Positions 31,161-44,356 are shown, numbered from the stretch's first letter. The stretch: 64,000 bases of DNA from Eledone cirrhosa (GCA_964016885.1 OZ024743.1:253022001-253086000), one strand, 5' to 3'. Made by a program: numbers and translations. The notes: generated by a model not told the origin, from the letters alone.

Positions 31161-32317
31161 GACAGACATAGAAACAGACAGGTGGACAAGCAGGCGGACA
31201 GCCTGACAAACAGACAGACGGACAGCCAGCCAACCAGACAGGTTGATAGATAGATACATAAAAAAGCAGCTAGCTAACTATTCCAACTCATTTGAACTAA
31301 TAAATCAGTAGAATCAGAAACATATTTATTTAGTGGTTTCATACTTCTATAAATACCTCCATTGTCTCAAATGATTAAACCAAGGGAATATGTATATTTG
31401 GCATATACACATCTATATACAAAATATATCTTAACTTTATATACACAGTTATGCAGTCATGGTTACATTTATTCTATGTTTAATCATATGTAGCTTTATC
31501 ATCTATTTCAGTTGCTTGGCACAGATCGTAATATATATGTTAACTAACAACATGAACGCTAATAATATGCAAATTAGTATGTCAATATCAGGATCCTACT
31601 GTACGTGATAGGGTAAATGTGTCCTTCGATTACGTATTTCCTTGCGGTTGAATCGCTGATTTACATAACTTCTGGTGAAAGCCAAGGTTTGAAAACCGGT
31701 TAAATGTATTAATCAATCATTTCAATTGACAAATACGTATATTTGGCATGTATACACATTCAATGTGTAAATTTATATAGACATTCACGCAGTCCCGGTC
31801 ACCTCTATTTTATTTATGTACATAAATAATAACTTTATTAAAATCTAAATGTCGCTTTTGCATCCTAAATTAAGGATTTATGACTTGAAGAAGAATAACC
31901 GGGTTGGCATGCTCTAACTGAAAGTGTCATTAATATTGGTCTAACAAATTTGTTTGTCATGGTGGAGTGGCTATAACGTTGAACTCTGAATCCAACATAT
32001 TACACTTCTAAATTTTCTGCAAGATACTACGATAGTATACGTAACTGTGAGTATATTGAGAAAATATAAACTGAATAATAATGATTTCTAATTTTGGCCC
32101 AAGGCCAGCAATTGGGATGGGGACAATTAATAATATCGATCTAAAGAGGTTTGGCTTCTATTTCTGGTAAGTAAAGAGACTGTTTTGATGATCTCCTTTG
32201 TTTGGTGTGGTTGCCTTAGATTTCTTTCTCACACCTCAGTTGGTGATTGATAATTTTATCAATTACAGAATTATGAAAACATAAGTTGACACTGGTTAAT
32301 ATTGAACTCAGCACTTG

Positions 32318-32503
32318 TGGATTGGCAGTATCGGTAGAGGGTCGGACGCCATGCTTTGACGCATAGAGTTACGGCCCTTGCCATTCTGAGTTCAAATCCC
32401 GCCGAGGTTAACTTTGCCTTTCATCCTTATGGGGTCGATAAAATAAAGTACCAGTAATACACTGGGTAATTGCTGGCCTTGTGCCAAAAGTAGAAACAAT
32501 TAT
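32318..32503 (+). mobile_element. Near-full family A SINE nested in an older antisense copy (~32078-32560)
   Basis: A-box-like TGGCAGTATCGG, B-box GAGTTCAAATCC, core and ATT tail. The flanks continue a decayed minus-strand copy. Confidence 0.9.
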
Positions 32504-33593
32504 TTATCTAAATACCACAAAGTATTTTATCTGGTGTGACCCTAATTCTACTGTTTCTTCTTCACTGACTTAACAATGAGATGAAGTCTGTAATTTTAGA
32601 AGATACAGAATTCGATTACATCAAACAAAGTCCTCTCTATAAGGTGTTAGTGTTGGTGCTAGGAGAAAAAGCCTCCAGTGCATCCTATAAGGTGGTAGTG
32701 CTGGTATCCCAATAAAAAGCGCAGTCTACTCCGTAACGTGGTGGTGCTGATGTTTTAAATTAAAAAGCACCCATACCATCTACGAGTTTGTAGGGGTGGT
32801 GCCTGGATAAAAAGCACCCATTCGATTCTGTAAAGAGGATCTCATTAAAATACTGTTGTCTCGTTGGCTTTAGGAAGGTCATCCAGCTGTTGTAAACGGA
32901 GCGTATGAGCAAGTCGTAGCCACCTGACTTGTTTAGCCTCAGTATCCGACAACCCGTTTAACCTATGCAAACATGGACAATAGATGATATTGATGAACTC
33001 CAACAGGAGAAAAAGGAAATGCCGCTTCAATAGGGATTTGAACTCAGAATGTAAAAACATTCAACCAAAACTGACATGCCATTGTATATTGTTCAACTTC
33101 CTACCACCATTTCTTTTCTCTTCATCAATATGAAAATAACCACATTGGATTGCGAAAAAATAAAAGATTCAAACAAATATAGATTGATTATAGTAATGAA
33201 TGAACATGAAACAATAATAATAAAAAAGTATCATGTTTCAATTAAAATTGAAACGAAAATGTATGAAACTAAGGACGACAAGACAAAAAAAAAACAAAAG
33301 GATAAACAAAATATGAATAGAGTTAAAAATAACAAGAGACGCGAAAGAAAAATCCATGCAGGATTTAAGAAAAACAAACTTAAGAAGAAAGGGAGACAAA
33401 TATAGCTTCCTGATCAGTATCCTGCACGACTGAACAGAAAGGAAGTGAAACAATATGACAGTGAACAATGCATCGGAAGCTCGGGACTAAAAGCAAAAAT
33501 CAAAGATTTAATTTTACCTGCACAATTTCACTGTCCACACAATAACTACCAAAAACAAAATATTAATGTCAAGAGACGAATATTATTAATAAA

Positions 33594-33812
33594 TGTGGTG
33601 GATTAACAGTATCGGTAGAGCCTCGGACAAAATGCTTTGCAATATCTAATTACCTCTTTCGACATTCCGAGTTCAAATCCCACGAGGTCAACTTTGCGTT
33701 TCATCCTTCTGGGGGTCATTAAAATAAAGTACCAGTTAATCACTGGAATCGATTTAATCGACTACTACCTTCCCTCAAATTTCTGGTTTTGTGCCTAAAT
33801 TAGAAATTATTA
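33594..33812 (+). mobile_element. Family A SINE, longer and older variant
   Basis: Same head, B-box and core, plus a GATTTAATCGACT segment. Confidence 0.85.
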
Positions 33813-34289
33813 AATATAATATGTAATCAACGTTGAGAAACACTGGACCAACCGGCTCCATCTGTATAGTATACTGCGCCAAAATAGAATCTCCTCAACA
33901 TGTACAGGGAAGCAGATAAATTAAAATGTAGGCACTTTCAAATGAAAAATAAAAATAAATAGTACGTTACAACCTATTTTCTCTCTAATATGTGCCGGTG
34001 TGCGGTTACGCAGTCACTGTATTGGTGCGGCACACATCAAAATGTTGCCATTAAGTAGCTTTGAATTTGAAATATGTATGCTGAAACCTTCAAATATTTA
34101 GGATATCAGCTCTCAGACATGATTGAGCACTATCTCCTTCTTTTCCTTTTTCACATCCACGGATATTTTACTTCATATGTGTATGTGTAAGTGTGTGTGT
34201 GTTACTTTTATGCATATATACACTCGTGTATATATATATATATATATGTATAATATATAAGATCAAAAGATGGTTAAAATAGTTCCATG

Positions 34290-34360
34290 TATTTTATTAT
34301 GCGCATTTCAAAAACAAATAACATCATGCAATAACATTTGTCTTTTCATCAGATAAAATA
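34290..34360 (-). ncRNA. Type I hammerhead ribozyme with intact core
   Basis: Minus strand: TATTTTAT-CTGATGA-AAAGACAAAT(16 nt)ATTTGTTTTT-GAAA-TGCGCA-TA-ATAAAATA. Stem I is 8 bp, stem II about 10 bp, stem III palindromic. Confidence 0.88.
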
Positions 34361-35271
34361 GGAAGTCATGATATGAAGGTTAAAAAAACAGTTGTGGACA
34401 GTGCAGTTTTAAATCAACATATGAAAAGTAGTTTTAGATTGATGTGTGATATTGGGGAACATTTTTTTGAGGGGGGAGGAGGTTGGAAAGGATGAAAAAG
34501 AGGAGGAGATGAGAGTAAAACGTGGAGGGGGAGGAGTATAATGAGGAAGGATGAGATAGGAGGAGAGATGGGTGATAGAGAGAGAGAGATAGCTTTTATA
34601 ACTGAGAAAAATGTATTGTTTTACATAGAGAGGTTGAAAAACCGTTGGAAGATAATGTATAAATTAAAAGAATTTGAAAATTAACGAAGAGAAAAATAAT
34701 GTAAAGTTAAGGTTTGTATATTGAAGGGTTTAATAATATGTGCGATGAAAAGAAATTGTTAATATGTATTAAGAATAATATTTAAGGGTTTAATAATATG
34801 TGCGATGGAAAGAAAATGTTGATATGTATTATTAAAAATAGCAAAGGTAATGTAAGTAAGGATATATTGTTAAAAAAGTAGAAGATAGGATGAAACTTGA
34901 AAGTGAGAAAAAAATAATGAATTGAGGATGAATAATCTAACGTCAAAAAAATGTTTATGTTTACGAAGGATTTTTTCAAGGTGATATAAAGTATGAATAT
35001 ATTGTATTGTGTAATAATTGTTTCTATGTTAGGCACAGTGAGAAAAGGTACAGATTAGGGGTTAGAAATTAAAAGAAAAAGAAAACAAAAGGAAAAGGAA
35101 GAAAGGGAAGTGATAAATAGGAGTGATATAGAATGAGTAACAAGTATTATATAATGTATAATAAATAACTTTGAAATAAGGTAGAAAGATGGGTATATTT
35201 TTAAAGAAGTATATATATATATATATATGTGCCTTTGAGAAAAGGATTCTAAATTGATAAAGTTTTGGATA

Positions 35272-36780
35272 TTAGCTGTATACTTTATGGAATGTTCTGT
35301 GGAATTTATGCAAGCAGAGAGAAAACAAGTCAGTGCGTCTATTTATTATAGAATCTAAATTAAATATAATGGTAATTTTTTCATTTAGACAGAGATTGCA
35401 AGTCTTGGATAGAGAACTGTTCAAGTATGGAGAAGCAGAAGAAACCTTTTTCCAAGAGATGTTATATTTAATATTTTTGTCTTTCAAGGACCATAAGAGT
35501 TCTGAGAGAGCCGTGTTGGTTCTTTTAAGTTGGTATTTAAAAGACGAATGATGATTATAAAGACGAGCTTTAAAGGAGGTGGAAGTGGAGCCAAAATAAG
35601 TGAAGGAATTGGTGTCAGTTATAACTTTACATTCGTAGATTAAGTTTTTATCAATACAATGGCTGTTGAGAGGACATTTATTTTTAACAGGGCAATTGCA
35701 ATTGTGATTAGAGAGATTATTAACGAGTGACCTAGTGTTATCTATAGAAGGAATTGGATTGGAAAAGTTATTTGCGATAGGAATAATAGTTTCTTGATTT
35801 AGAATGGGATTAAGAACATTTAGCGAAGTTGTGTTTGACGTTGTATTTGGGTTTGCAGAAATTAGCCTAGAGTTTACAATGACGTCGGGAGTACTATTAC
35901 TATTATTATGATATTCAGTGTTGGAAGGAAGAGATTTAGAATTTAGTATCTTATTGTTGTGTTTAGAGATAATGTTGGAAATGTTGGAGGATGTCGAATA
36001 GGAACATTTTATAGTGTGTTTGTTAAATATTTTACTATAGATATGTGAGGGAGGGAAGCATTTATTTAAGACACTAAAGAATAATTTAGGAATATTATTA
36101 TTAATAGAGATGGAGAAAGGAGCATTATACCAGATTATGTTTCTGTATCTAGGTCTTTTATTAAAGTTATTGGAATGATCATGATTAATTATTCTACTGT
36201 AAGATCTTCTAGAATTTGTTTCTTTACTATATTTGATTTTATCAGGATAGCCGGCTTTAGAAAGCGCGTTATTATAGTAATTGGCGTTAGCATCAAAGAT
36301 GTTTTTGTTAGAAGATAGGTTAGATATTCTTTTTCCAATATTAGTAACTATAGCATTCTTAATATTAGTAGGGTGGTTAGATTTAAAATTAACATAATTT
36401 AGGTTCTCATTGTTTTTATGGTAAGGGTAATATAGGCCAGTGTCAAGATTAAGAGATACATCCAAGAAATTAGATAGTTTGATGCTGTTATCAAATTCAA
36501 TTTTTAGGTTATTTTGGTTAAAGAGATTACGTATATTGTTCTTAATAATATTAAGGTTAACTATGTTGCAATTTAAGATAGTAAAGAGTCCATCATCACG
36601 ATAAATTCCACCGCGAAGTTGAGGAATTTTCCGACTCAAAGAGTTCAAAATAAAGATACCAATTAAATCTCTCAATTGGGATGAATCGGATGCTCCCATT
36701 GTAATGTCGAAGTTGTTAGAGGTATCAGCTCTGGTCCAATATTCATTGTTGAACTCTAGGATGGTTTTACTTTTGATCTT
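35272..36780 (-). CDS. Penelope-like RT (C-terminal part), Zn-finger linker and GIY-YIG endonuclease; N-terminus lost by 5' truncation
   Basis: Motifs ITMGASDSS, YRDDGL, NFLDV, SNHP, AGYP, CNCx5Cx5C, LIYEC..YFGST..R..NH and CNLCLNEK..CLH; open for about 500 codons. Confidence 0.9.
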   Translation of the reverse strand, partial: KIKSKTILEFNNEYWTRADTSNNFDITMGASDSSQLRDLIGIFILNSLSRKIPQLRGGIYRDDGLFTILNCNIVNLNIIKNNIRNLFNQNNLKIEFDNSIKLSNFLDVSLNLDTGLYYPYHKNNENLNYVNFKSNHPTNIKNAIVTNIGKRISNLSSNKNIFDANANYYNNALSKAGYPDKIKYSKETNSRRSYSRIINHDHSNNFNKRPRYRNIIWYNAPFSISINNNIPKLFFSVLNKCFPPSHIYSKIFNKHTIKCSYSTSSNISNIISKHNNKILNSKSLPSNTEYHNNSNSTPDVIVNSRLISANPNTTSNTTSLNVLNPILNQETIIPIANNFSNPIPSIDNTRSLVNNLSNHNCNCPVKNKCPLNSHCIDKNLIYECKVITDTNSFTYFGSTSTSFKARLYNHHSSFKYQLKRTNTALSELLWSLKDKNIKYNISWKKVSSASPYLNSSLSKTCNLCLNEKITIIFNLDSIINRRTDLFSLCLHKFHRTFHKVYS

Positions 36781-36895
36781 ATATATTATGTATACTCCAG
36801 TCCTACAAACTGTAGAGTGCTTCTTATCCGATATCTGCATTGCTTTATTGTACTACAATAAAACTCACCTCCTACATATATATATGTATATATAT

Positions 36896-37090
36896 ATATG
36901 AAATGATTCAGGACCTTCATGGCTGAGCTCCGGCCATTTCGACAGCTAGAGCTCCTCGGATCTAGCTGTCGAAACGGCCGGAGCTCAGCTGTCAGGGTTC
37001 TGAATCTTTTCATATTACCCACTCTACTTCCACAAACATCGAGTACTTTGGTGGGTTAGGGTCTAGCTGGTTTTTATCACACCTTATCTG
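36896..37090 (+). mobile_element. Foldback element: ~55-bp arms, 10-nt loop, GAGTACT tail
   Basis: CTGAGCTCCGGCCATTTCGACAGCTAGA / TCTAGCTGTCGAAACGGCCGGAGCTCAG; related to 27950-28090. Confidence 0.75.
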
Positions 37091-37104
37091 ATGTGTGTGT
37101 ATAT

Positions 37105-37262
37105 AAAATGTCCTGTGTATGACATTAAACTACATCCAGCGGCAAGGCTCCAGTTATGGAGCTGTGAGAAATGTGGATTTACTCCTTAGTTGTCATAACT
37201 CTCAGGTCTGCTCTGACCCGGAGTAGTAGTACCTGTTAGGGTCCCGTTTATAGGTTAAATAA
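37105..37262 (+). mobile_element. Probable SINE-like interspersed repeat fragment
   Basis: TGTCCTG..TATGACA.TAAAC...GACCCGGAGT.GTAGTACCTGTTAGGGTCC resembles a repeat I recall from octopus genomes; only one copy is in this window. Confidence 0.45.
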
Positions 37263-37477
37263 TTACCTTATTCGAGTGGCGCCAGTAAGTTATTATCAGC
37301 CCCTGAAAAGAACCATGGAGAGTCGATTTAACAGCACAAGGGTTAGAGCCAATAACTACACTGTTAAAGAGCAGTATAGTTGTTATGACTCTGCTGGCTT
37401 AGATCCACAGGGAGGGCCAGTAGATAATGGATCATCTGTCTAACTATAAAAAAGTGGAGTTTTGGCCTGCAGAAGGG

Positions 37478-39044
37478 TCATTAAAATGGGCACTCTGAAT
37501 GTGAGGGGTACTCGGACGCTGGAGAAGAGAGAGGAGTTGGGTCATCTGTTATCTGTTCGTGAAAAGTCGTATACAGATACTTGCAATCCAAGAACGCAGG
37601 ATCGTACACGATGAGCCCATGAGGAGTGTGAGGATTGGAAAGAGGAGCCAGCTCATTACCACATCGGCAGTGAAGAACACGATTAATGCTGTAGTAGGAG
37701 GAGTGGCTTTTGTTTTCAGTGCAAAATACAATCTATTGGTCAGGGAAATAATACCTGTCACCCCGCGAGTGTTGAGGGTGACCTTCAATGGAAACCCAAG
37801 ACTGACAGTCATCTCAGCCTATAGTCCAACCGAGGGAGACAGTGATGTGAGTGCAAAGGAGCTTCATAAGGAGGTGTGTAGAGCTGTCAACACCACACAA
37901 GCTCACAACACCCTGCTTGCTCTGGGGGATTTCAATGCACATCTGAGTTAGGAGAGCAGTGAAGATCCTTGCTGGTACTTCCATAACAAAACCAACCGAA
38001 ATGGAAGACTACTGAGAGACACCCTGATAGAAGCGAACTTGATGCCAACCAACCTAAGGTTTAGGAAGAATCGGGGGAAGATGTGGACCTACATCTCAGA
38101 TATGCACCTGTCCAAGTCCCAGATTGATTTCATTCTGGTGAGGAAAAAGTGGCGGAATAGTGTTCTGAACACAGAAACATACAACTATTTCAGTACACTG
38201 GGTAGTGACCACCGCTTTGTTATGAATGATGTCCGTGTGAGCTTAAGAAAGAGCAAGGCTCAGCCCCGGTGGCAATCTATGACTGGGGAGCTTTCAAGGA
38301 AGATGATAAGCTACAGGAGTGGTTCACAGTAGAAGTGAGGAACAGATTCAGTGCTCTGTGTGGAGAGGCAGAGGAGAGAGAGATTGAAGGGACTCAGGAG
38401 GATGTGACGAGGAGGTATGTGTACTTCACCAATGTAGTGGCGGAAGCATGTGAGACCCTGGTGCCGAGGAGGAAGAACAAGAGGAAGTACGCCAGCTCTG
38501 CAGACCCAAAAGTGTGTGCAGCTAGAGAACACCTGAAAGCTGCCTGAAAGCTGCCTGTGTGGCGTGCTACAGTTTGTGATCGGACCTTCGTAAAGACCTG
38601 AAGATCCATCTCTTCGTTGCTGTAGTTGAGTCTGTGCTGCTGTACGGGTCTGAGATTTGGACACTGACCAAGAAACTCATTAAGATGGTGGATGGGTGCT
38701 ACACAAGAATGCTGAGGATGGCTCTGAACATTAATCAGTATACATTGAGGATGAGGAACCCAGAGCTGTACGGGAGCCTCCCAAAAGTCAGCTCGAAAAT
38801 GACACAGAGGAGACTGAAGTTAGCTGGACATGCTCACCGACATCCAGAGTTGACACTGCACTCAGTACTCCTGTGGAAGCCCCTGTATGGACACGCTGGA
38901 AAAGGAAGACCGAGATTAACATATGTTGATGCCCTAAGGACAGACACTGGTCTCCTGGAGACGCAGGACATGGCAACGATAATGAGGGATATAGATCGCT
39001 GGAGAGCATTCGTCCATGGATCTCGGGAATTTTACCCGCCCTAG
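37478..39044 (+). pseudogene. RTE-like LINE: APE endonuclease plus post-RT C-terminus, RT core deleted
   Basis: APE motifs GTLNVRG, LAIQE, AYSPT, GDFNAH, QIDFILV and GSDHR are followed by VLLYGSEIW, RRLKLAGH and GRPRLTY. There are stops and frameshifts and no YxDD region. Confidence 0.88.
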
Positions 39045-39049
39045 ACATA

Positions 39050-39502
39050 TATAATAATTATTTCTACTTTTGGCACAAGGCCAGTGTATTACTGGTGCTT
39101 TATTTTATCGACCACCCATAAGGATGAAAGGAAAAGTTAACCTCGGCGGGATTTGAACTCAAATTATAAAGGGTCGTAACTCTATGCTGCAAAGCATAAT
39201 AATTGTTTCTACTTTTGTCACAAGGCCAGCAATTACCCAGTACATTACTGATTCTTTATTTTATCGACCCCGTAAGGATGAAAGGCAAAGTTAACCTCGG
39301 CGGGATTTGAACTCAGAATGGCAAGGGCCATAACTCTATGCGTCAAAGCATGGCGTCCGACCCTCTACCGATACTGCCAAGCATAATAATCGTTTCTACT
39401 TTTGGCACAAGGCCAGCATTAACCAGTGCATTACTGGTACTTTATTTGATCGACCCTGTAAAGATGAAAGGCAAAGTTAACCTCGGCGGGATTTGAACTC
39501 AG
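39050..39502 (-). mobile_element. Three head-to-tail young family A SINEs
   Basis: Copies begin at ~39052, ~39196 and ~39384, each with TTTCTACTTTTG(G)CACAAGGCCAG...CTCGGCGGGATTTGAACTC. Confidence 0.92.
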
Positions 39503-40127
39503 TAATGTTATGTCGTTAGGTATGTTGTAGTTTGTTGTTCAAATGTGACTTGTATGCTTAGATTTGATATGAGTTGATCGTTTGGTATTGCATTGTTTTT
39601 ATGTGTATCTGAGTGCGTACATGTGTGTGTGTGCTGCGTGTGTATGTGTTTGTGTGTGTGTGTGCGCCCGCGTGTGTGTTGCTGTGTTGCTCTTCCAATC
39701 TATAAAACGACATCGAAATCGTTATTATCACTTCTTTATTATTAATAAAGTGAGATAGAATTTTATCATTATTTCATTAATAATAGTATTACTAATATAA
39801 TTATGTCAAAACGAACTTGCTTATCAACAATACAATGCGTGGAATATAGCTATGTCCTTGTTTGGCAGAATATTACCAACTTAATAAATAATATTAGGAA
39901 ATTATGAATAAAAGAGAAAAAAGAGAATTTAAAATATTTTCCCCTTTATTTGATATATAAGTTTGAGCTAATGGTTGAAAGAAATTACTATTCAAATTTT
40001 ATGTAAACGAGGAAAATAAAAATATAAGATACATTTCTCGCTACCTTACGGAAAACATGTAATTTTAATAAATAAATCTATTAATGACGTGTTATTAAAG
40101 GCTTCGGGTTATGCTTTTTGCCTGTGA

Positions 40128-40190
40128 CTTTTCTCTGACGAATACTATGAGATGGATCTATAGTATCGATACTGATAATATGGATTTGCA
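40128..40190 (+). ncRNA. Degenerate hammerhead motif
   Basis: CTGACGA-ATACTAT(11 nt)ATAGTAT-C-GATA, where GAAA is mutated. Confidence 0.45.
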
Positions 40191-40304
40191 TAACTACTAT
40201 TGAATTGTTGGTATATAAATTTATCGTGATCAATCAACCTTCTGAAACGATCCTAAAATAATAAACTATTTAAGCACTAAACTGCGTACTTTGTTTTCAT
40301 TGTT

Positions 40305-40410
<106 letters not shown>

Positions 40411-42209
40411 CGAGAGAGAGAGATAAGTTAAACAACAGATTGGAAGCAGCAGCTGAGAACACCATGTCTCCTGGCTATGTCTGAAAAAGCTTTGACTAAT
40501 AGAAGAGCACACTTTTCACATCATACTGTAAAATACTAAAAGTATGGCATGAACCAAAAGCTACCTAAATACTGCAAATTTTACTGCGTAAAGAAAGTTG
40601 CCCGACGCTCTACCGATACTGCCATTCCACCATTCTTAATCGTATAAATAATTAGGCAATTAACAGATGTATAAAACTTACTTCCGTTTCTGTTATCAGT
40701 AGAACAACGTCGCATTTGCTGAACATCGAACATGTACCACCAAAATATTATATGCACTTTTGCAATTTACATCTGTTCTCATTATACACACTGGGTTTAA
40801 TATTCAGATTAATGTTGATATCCACACGAGTTTCAGTGTGAGAAAACATGGGGTTATTTAAATGTATTAACATATAGTTACTGCAAGTACACATGCACAC
40901 ACACTTGCACATACACACACATACACACCGACAGTCATACTCTGACCGGAAAACACTTCCTAAACTCTTATGCACAGTTTACGCTCCTACGAAATTTCAT
41001 TTACATGATATTGGTTAACACGAGGCTATAGTAGAAGACACGTGTCTAGTGTGTTATACAGAGGGATTGAACGCAAAACATGCTTTTACGAAGTGAACTT
41101 TTAACTACACAGAAATGTCTGCTTGGGTGCAATATGTTCCTAAATTAAAAGTGCAGGACATTGAAAATTAAAAGAAGATAATAGCAGAAGCCGTAACCCA
41201 AAGAAACATTTTCTCAAATTATATACAATTATTATTCCATCAAGAAATGTAAAACTAAAGTAGAGAATATATAAATCAGTCTATTTAGGTAACAAAAGAT
41301 TATATTCATTTGATAGCTTTTGCAATTCTGAACAGTTTTGCCTCGTTGTAAATAATCGGTCGTACTTGTTGCTCTAGTATGTTTACTGTTGCACAAAGGC
41401 ATCTATTTGATAGAGGTTAACAACAGATTTAGACAAGAGCACAAGAAAAAAAAAAAAATCTTTATTGGCCTTAGCCATGACGCTCGGTGTAGATATATAT
41501 CTATTTAATGTTATGTTACTGTACTCAATGAACATGATATGAGGGTGGAGGAGAGAAGGAAGAAGCCCACACGGTTAGCAATTTGCTAAACTGAATAGTC
41601 TCTCGTAATCAAAGCTATGTAATGTGTGTATTTCAATCAGATTGTCCTTTGTTGGTGCAGTAGCTTCGCTGTAAACTCTTCAACACTAATTATCATCTAT
41701 CATGTAGAGAAAGAGAACAGTGAAATAATTGGAAAGACTGGAATGAACACAAGAGAAAAAGAAAAAGAGCAAAACCGTAATAATGAACGAAATAAAGAAA
41801 AGAAGAAAGAACGAAAGAGACATCGAAAGATAGAGAAAGAAGAACGAATTAAAAAGTGGTGGAGAGAAGGCATGAGCCATAGAAACAGAGAAAGAGAACA
41901 AGAAAGAACAAAACAAAGAAAGAAAGAGAGCGAGAAAGAACGAACTAAAGACAGATAAAAGGAAAGAATGAAAGCCAGATAAAAGGAAGGGAAGAAATAA
42001 AGAATGACAGAAAGATAGAAGCAACGAAAGAATTGAAGAAAGAAAGCATGGTGGGAGGAAAGAAAGAAATAGAAAAAGAAAGCAAGATAGAATGAATGAC
42101 AGAAATAGAGAAAGCACAAAAAGTAACAGAGGGAAAGAGAAAGAAAGAGAGACCAGTATTGTCTCTGTGGACATTGTTATGTATTCAGTATATTTGCTAA
42201 ATACAGCTT

Positions 42210-42428
42210 TATTTCTAATTTAAGCACAAGGCCAGCAAATGTTTTTTTAGGAGGGGGGGGGGTGCTTAAATCAACCACATTACTTGACTTGTCCTTTATT
42301 TTACCGATTCTGGAAGGATAAAAAACAAAGTTGGCCTAATTGGGATTTGAACCCAGAATGCAAAGAACCGGAACAATTCCACAATGGTATTTTATCAAAT
42401 GTTTTACCAATTCTGCCAATCCACCCCA
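42210..42428 (-). mobile_element. Old family A SINE
   Basis: CACAAGGCCAGCAA...GGGATTTGAACCCAG...CTGCCAATCCACC. Confidence 0.75.
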
Positions 42429-43134
42429 GTTTTGGGTAAACAAACTTTATTAAAGTAATGTGGTCGTTGTAGTTTACCAAGGGAACTTGACGAATACATG
42501 AGGACGTAGCTTCTGTGAAAATTGCTTTTTCGTAATCTCTTTTTCTCATCTTTCTCTATGCATTGACATCTCTCTCCTTCCAATCTTTTCCCATCCTCTC
42601 CCTCATTCTTCCTATATCTTTCCCTCGTCTATCTCTTTCTTCCTATCTCTCATACTCTTCCTTTCACCATTCTCCTTTTTATATCTACACTACCATCTCT
42701 CTCTTTCCTGTATTTCCATCATCATCCCTTTCTTTTTGCACTCCTTCCCATCTCTCCGCACCCGCTTGCACTCTCTCCTTACTTTCCTCACCATTACCCC
42801 CCCCCCCCTCTTCTCTCTCTATCACGACCCATTTCTCCCCCCCCCCCAAACAATCTCTCACTCATACAATGAGTCACTTAAATTATAGATCTATATACAT
42901 TCATAGAGACAGTGTGTATTGAGGTGTGTGGGTGTGCGTGTGTGTACTCTAAGTGAGTTGCTACTCATACTTTCCTTATAGTTTCACAGTAAAGAATATT
43001 ATTTCCACTGCATTGCAATTTCGTCCAGAATGAATACTCATATCCGCCTCTCGCTTTCTCTCTCTCTCTGAACATGCCGGTGAAAATGCATGGCATAGTA
43101 GTTAGTGAGTATGGCTCACAACCTTAACGCCGTG

Positions 43135-43440
43135 AATTAGTTTATTTCGATCTCTCTGCTTGACTGGTAGTTTATTTCATTGAAAACGGAAGAATGAAAA
43201 CCTCAGAGGGAATTCAACTCAAGAATTCTTAACTAAATGCCTTAAATCATTCCGCTAGGCGCCCTACCGACATGGCAAATCCACCGCACTTACATAATAA
43301 TAGTTTCTGATTTAAGCGAAAGGCCAACAATTTGTGAGGGGGGGTCCATTAAATCGACCCCAGTGCATTACTGGTACTTTATTTTATCGAGCTCGTATGC
43401 ATGAAAAGCTAACCTCGGCGGGATTTGAACTCAGAACGTA
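43135..43440 (-). mobile_element. Two family A SINE copies, one old and one 5'-truncated
   Basis: CTGGTA(G/C)TTTATTT...CCTC.G.GGGA.TT.AACTC occurs twice. Confidence 0.75.
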
Positions 43441-43625
43441 ACAAAAATGATAATTATGATTTCTGACTTAAACACGTAACTGGGGGAAAACTTTAAGCTA
43501 CATTCATTGTAATGAGAGAGTTGTTGCTTCCAATAATATTTTTCATTAGTGTCATTAGCTAAGTTTAATTGAAGGAAAATTAGTACCAATAAGTAAACAC
43601 AACAAAAGATTAATGAAAAGCGTGA

Positions 43626-43672
<47 letters not shown>

Positions 43673-43783
43673 CACACAAACACATATATACAATACTATA
43701 CACATACATATGTGTGCGAGTATACGTATGTATTTATCTAAATTAAAAACAATATGAAACATGAGAACACAATTCTAATTATG

Positions 43784-43831
<48 letters not shown>

Positions 43832-43834
43832 TAT

Positions 43835-43897
<63 letters not shown>

Positions 43898-44283
43898 TAC
43901 ATACATGCAGGCACGTATATTAATATTTACTTAAAACCTTTTTCATCCTCCAATGTCTTTGTTTTAATTAGCATTAGACGTGTAACGATGTTAAATTCAT
44001 TAGAAATGCTTAATATTTAATATATATCCTCTTTTTATTTGACTTGCAAAGTTCTGATAATGAAATTAAACCAGTGAACTTCTTCGTTTATTGGAATACA
44101 AAATATGGAAGAAAGAGAGAGAATTAGGTATAAAGACATATAGCAAAGAATTTTGTCTGACACCTTACTTTGGATAATTTCTTAGTTTTTATTAACACAA
44201 ACCAAAATATAGGTTTATTGTTGAAGTTTTATGTGTAGATATTGTTGCGTGTAGATTGTGCTTTGTGTAGAATGAGTTGCGTT

Positions 44284-44356
<73 letters not shown>

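Larger units (their letters stand above)
34250..36875 (-). mobile_element. 5'-truncated Penelope-like retroelement (Naiad-like) with 20-bp terminal inverted arms
   Basis: RT/GIY-YIG ORF, 3' hammerhead, inverted repeat 34250-34269 vs 36770-36789, plus-strand tail with GAGTGCT at 36815, and (TA)n on both sides. Confidence 0.88.

Noticed and set aside
35272-36840. Selenoprotein recoding, as reported for some Naiad elements, and the ATG at 36840 as a true start
   Set aside because: The conserved Cys positions are ordinary Cys codons with no in-frame TGA. The first ~20 codons come from the inverted tail, not from RT.
41626-42174. Lys/Glu/Arg-rich and Phe/Leu/Ser-rich ORFs
   Set aside because: The region is a purine-rich low-complexity tract.
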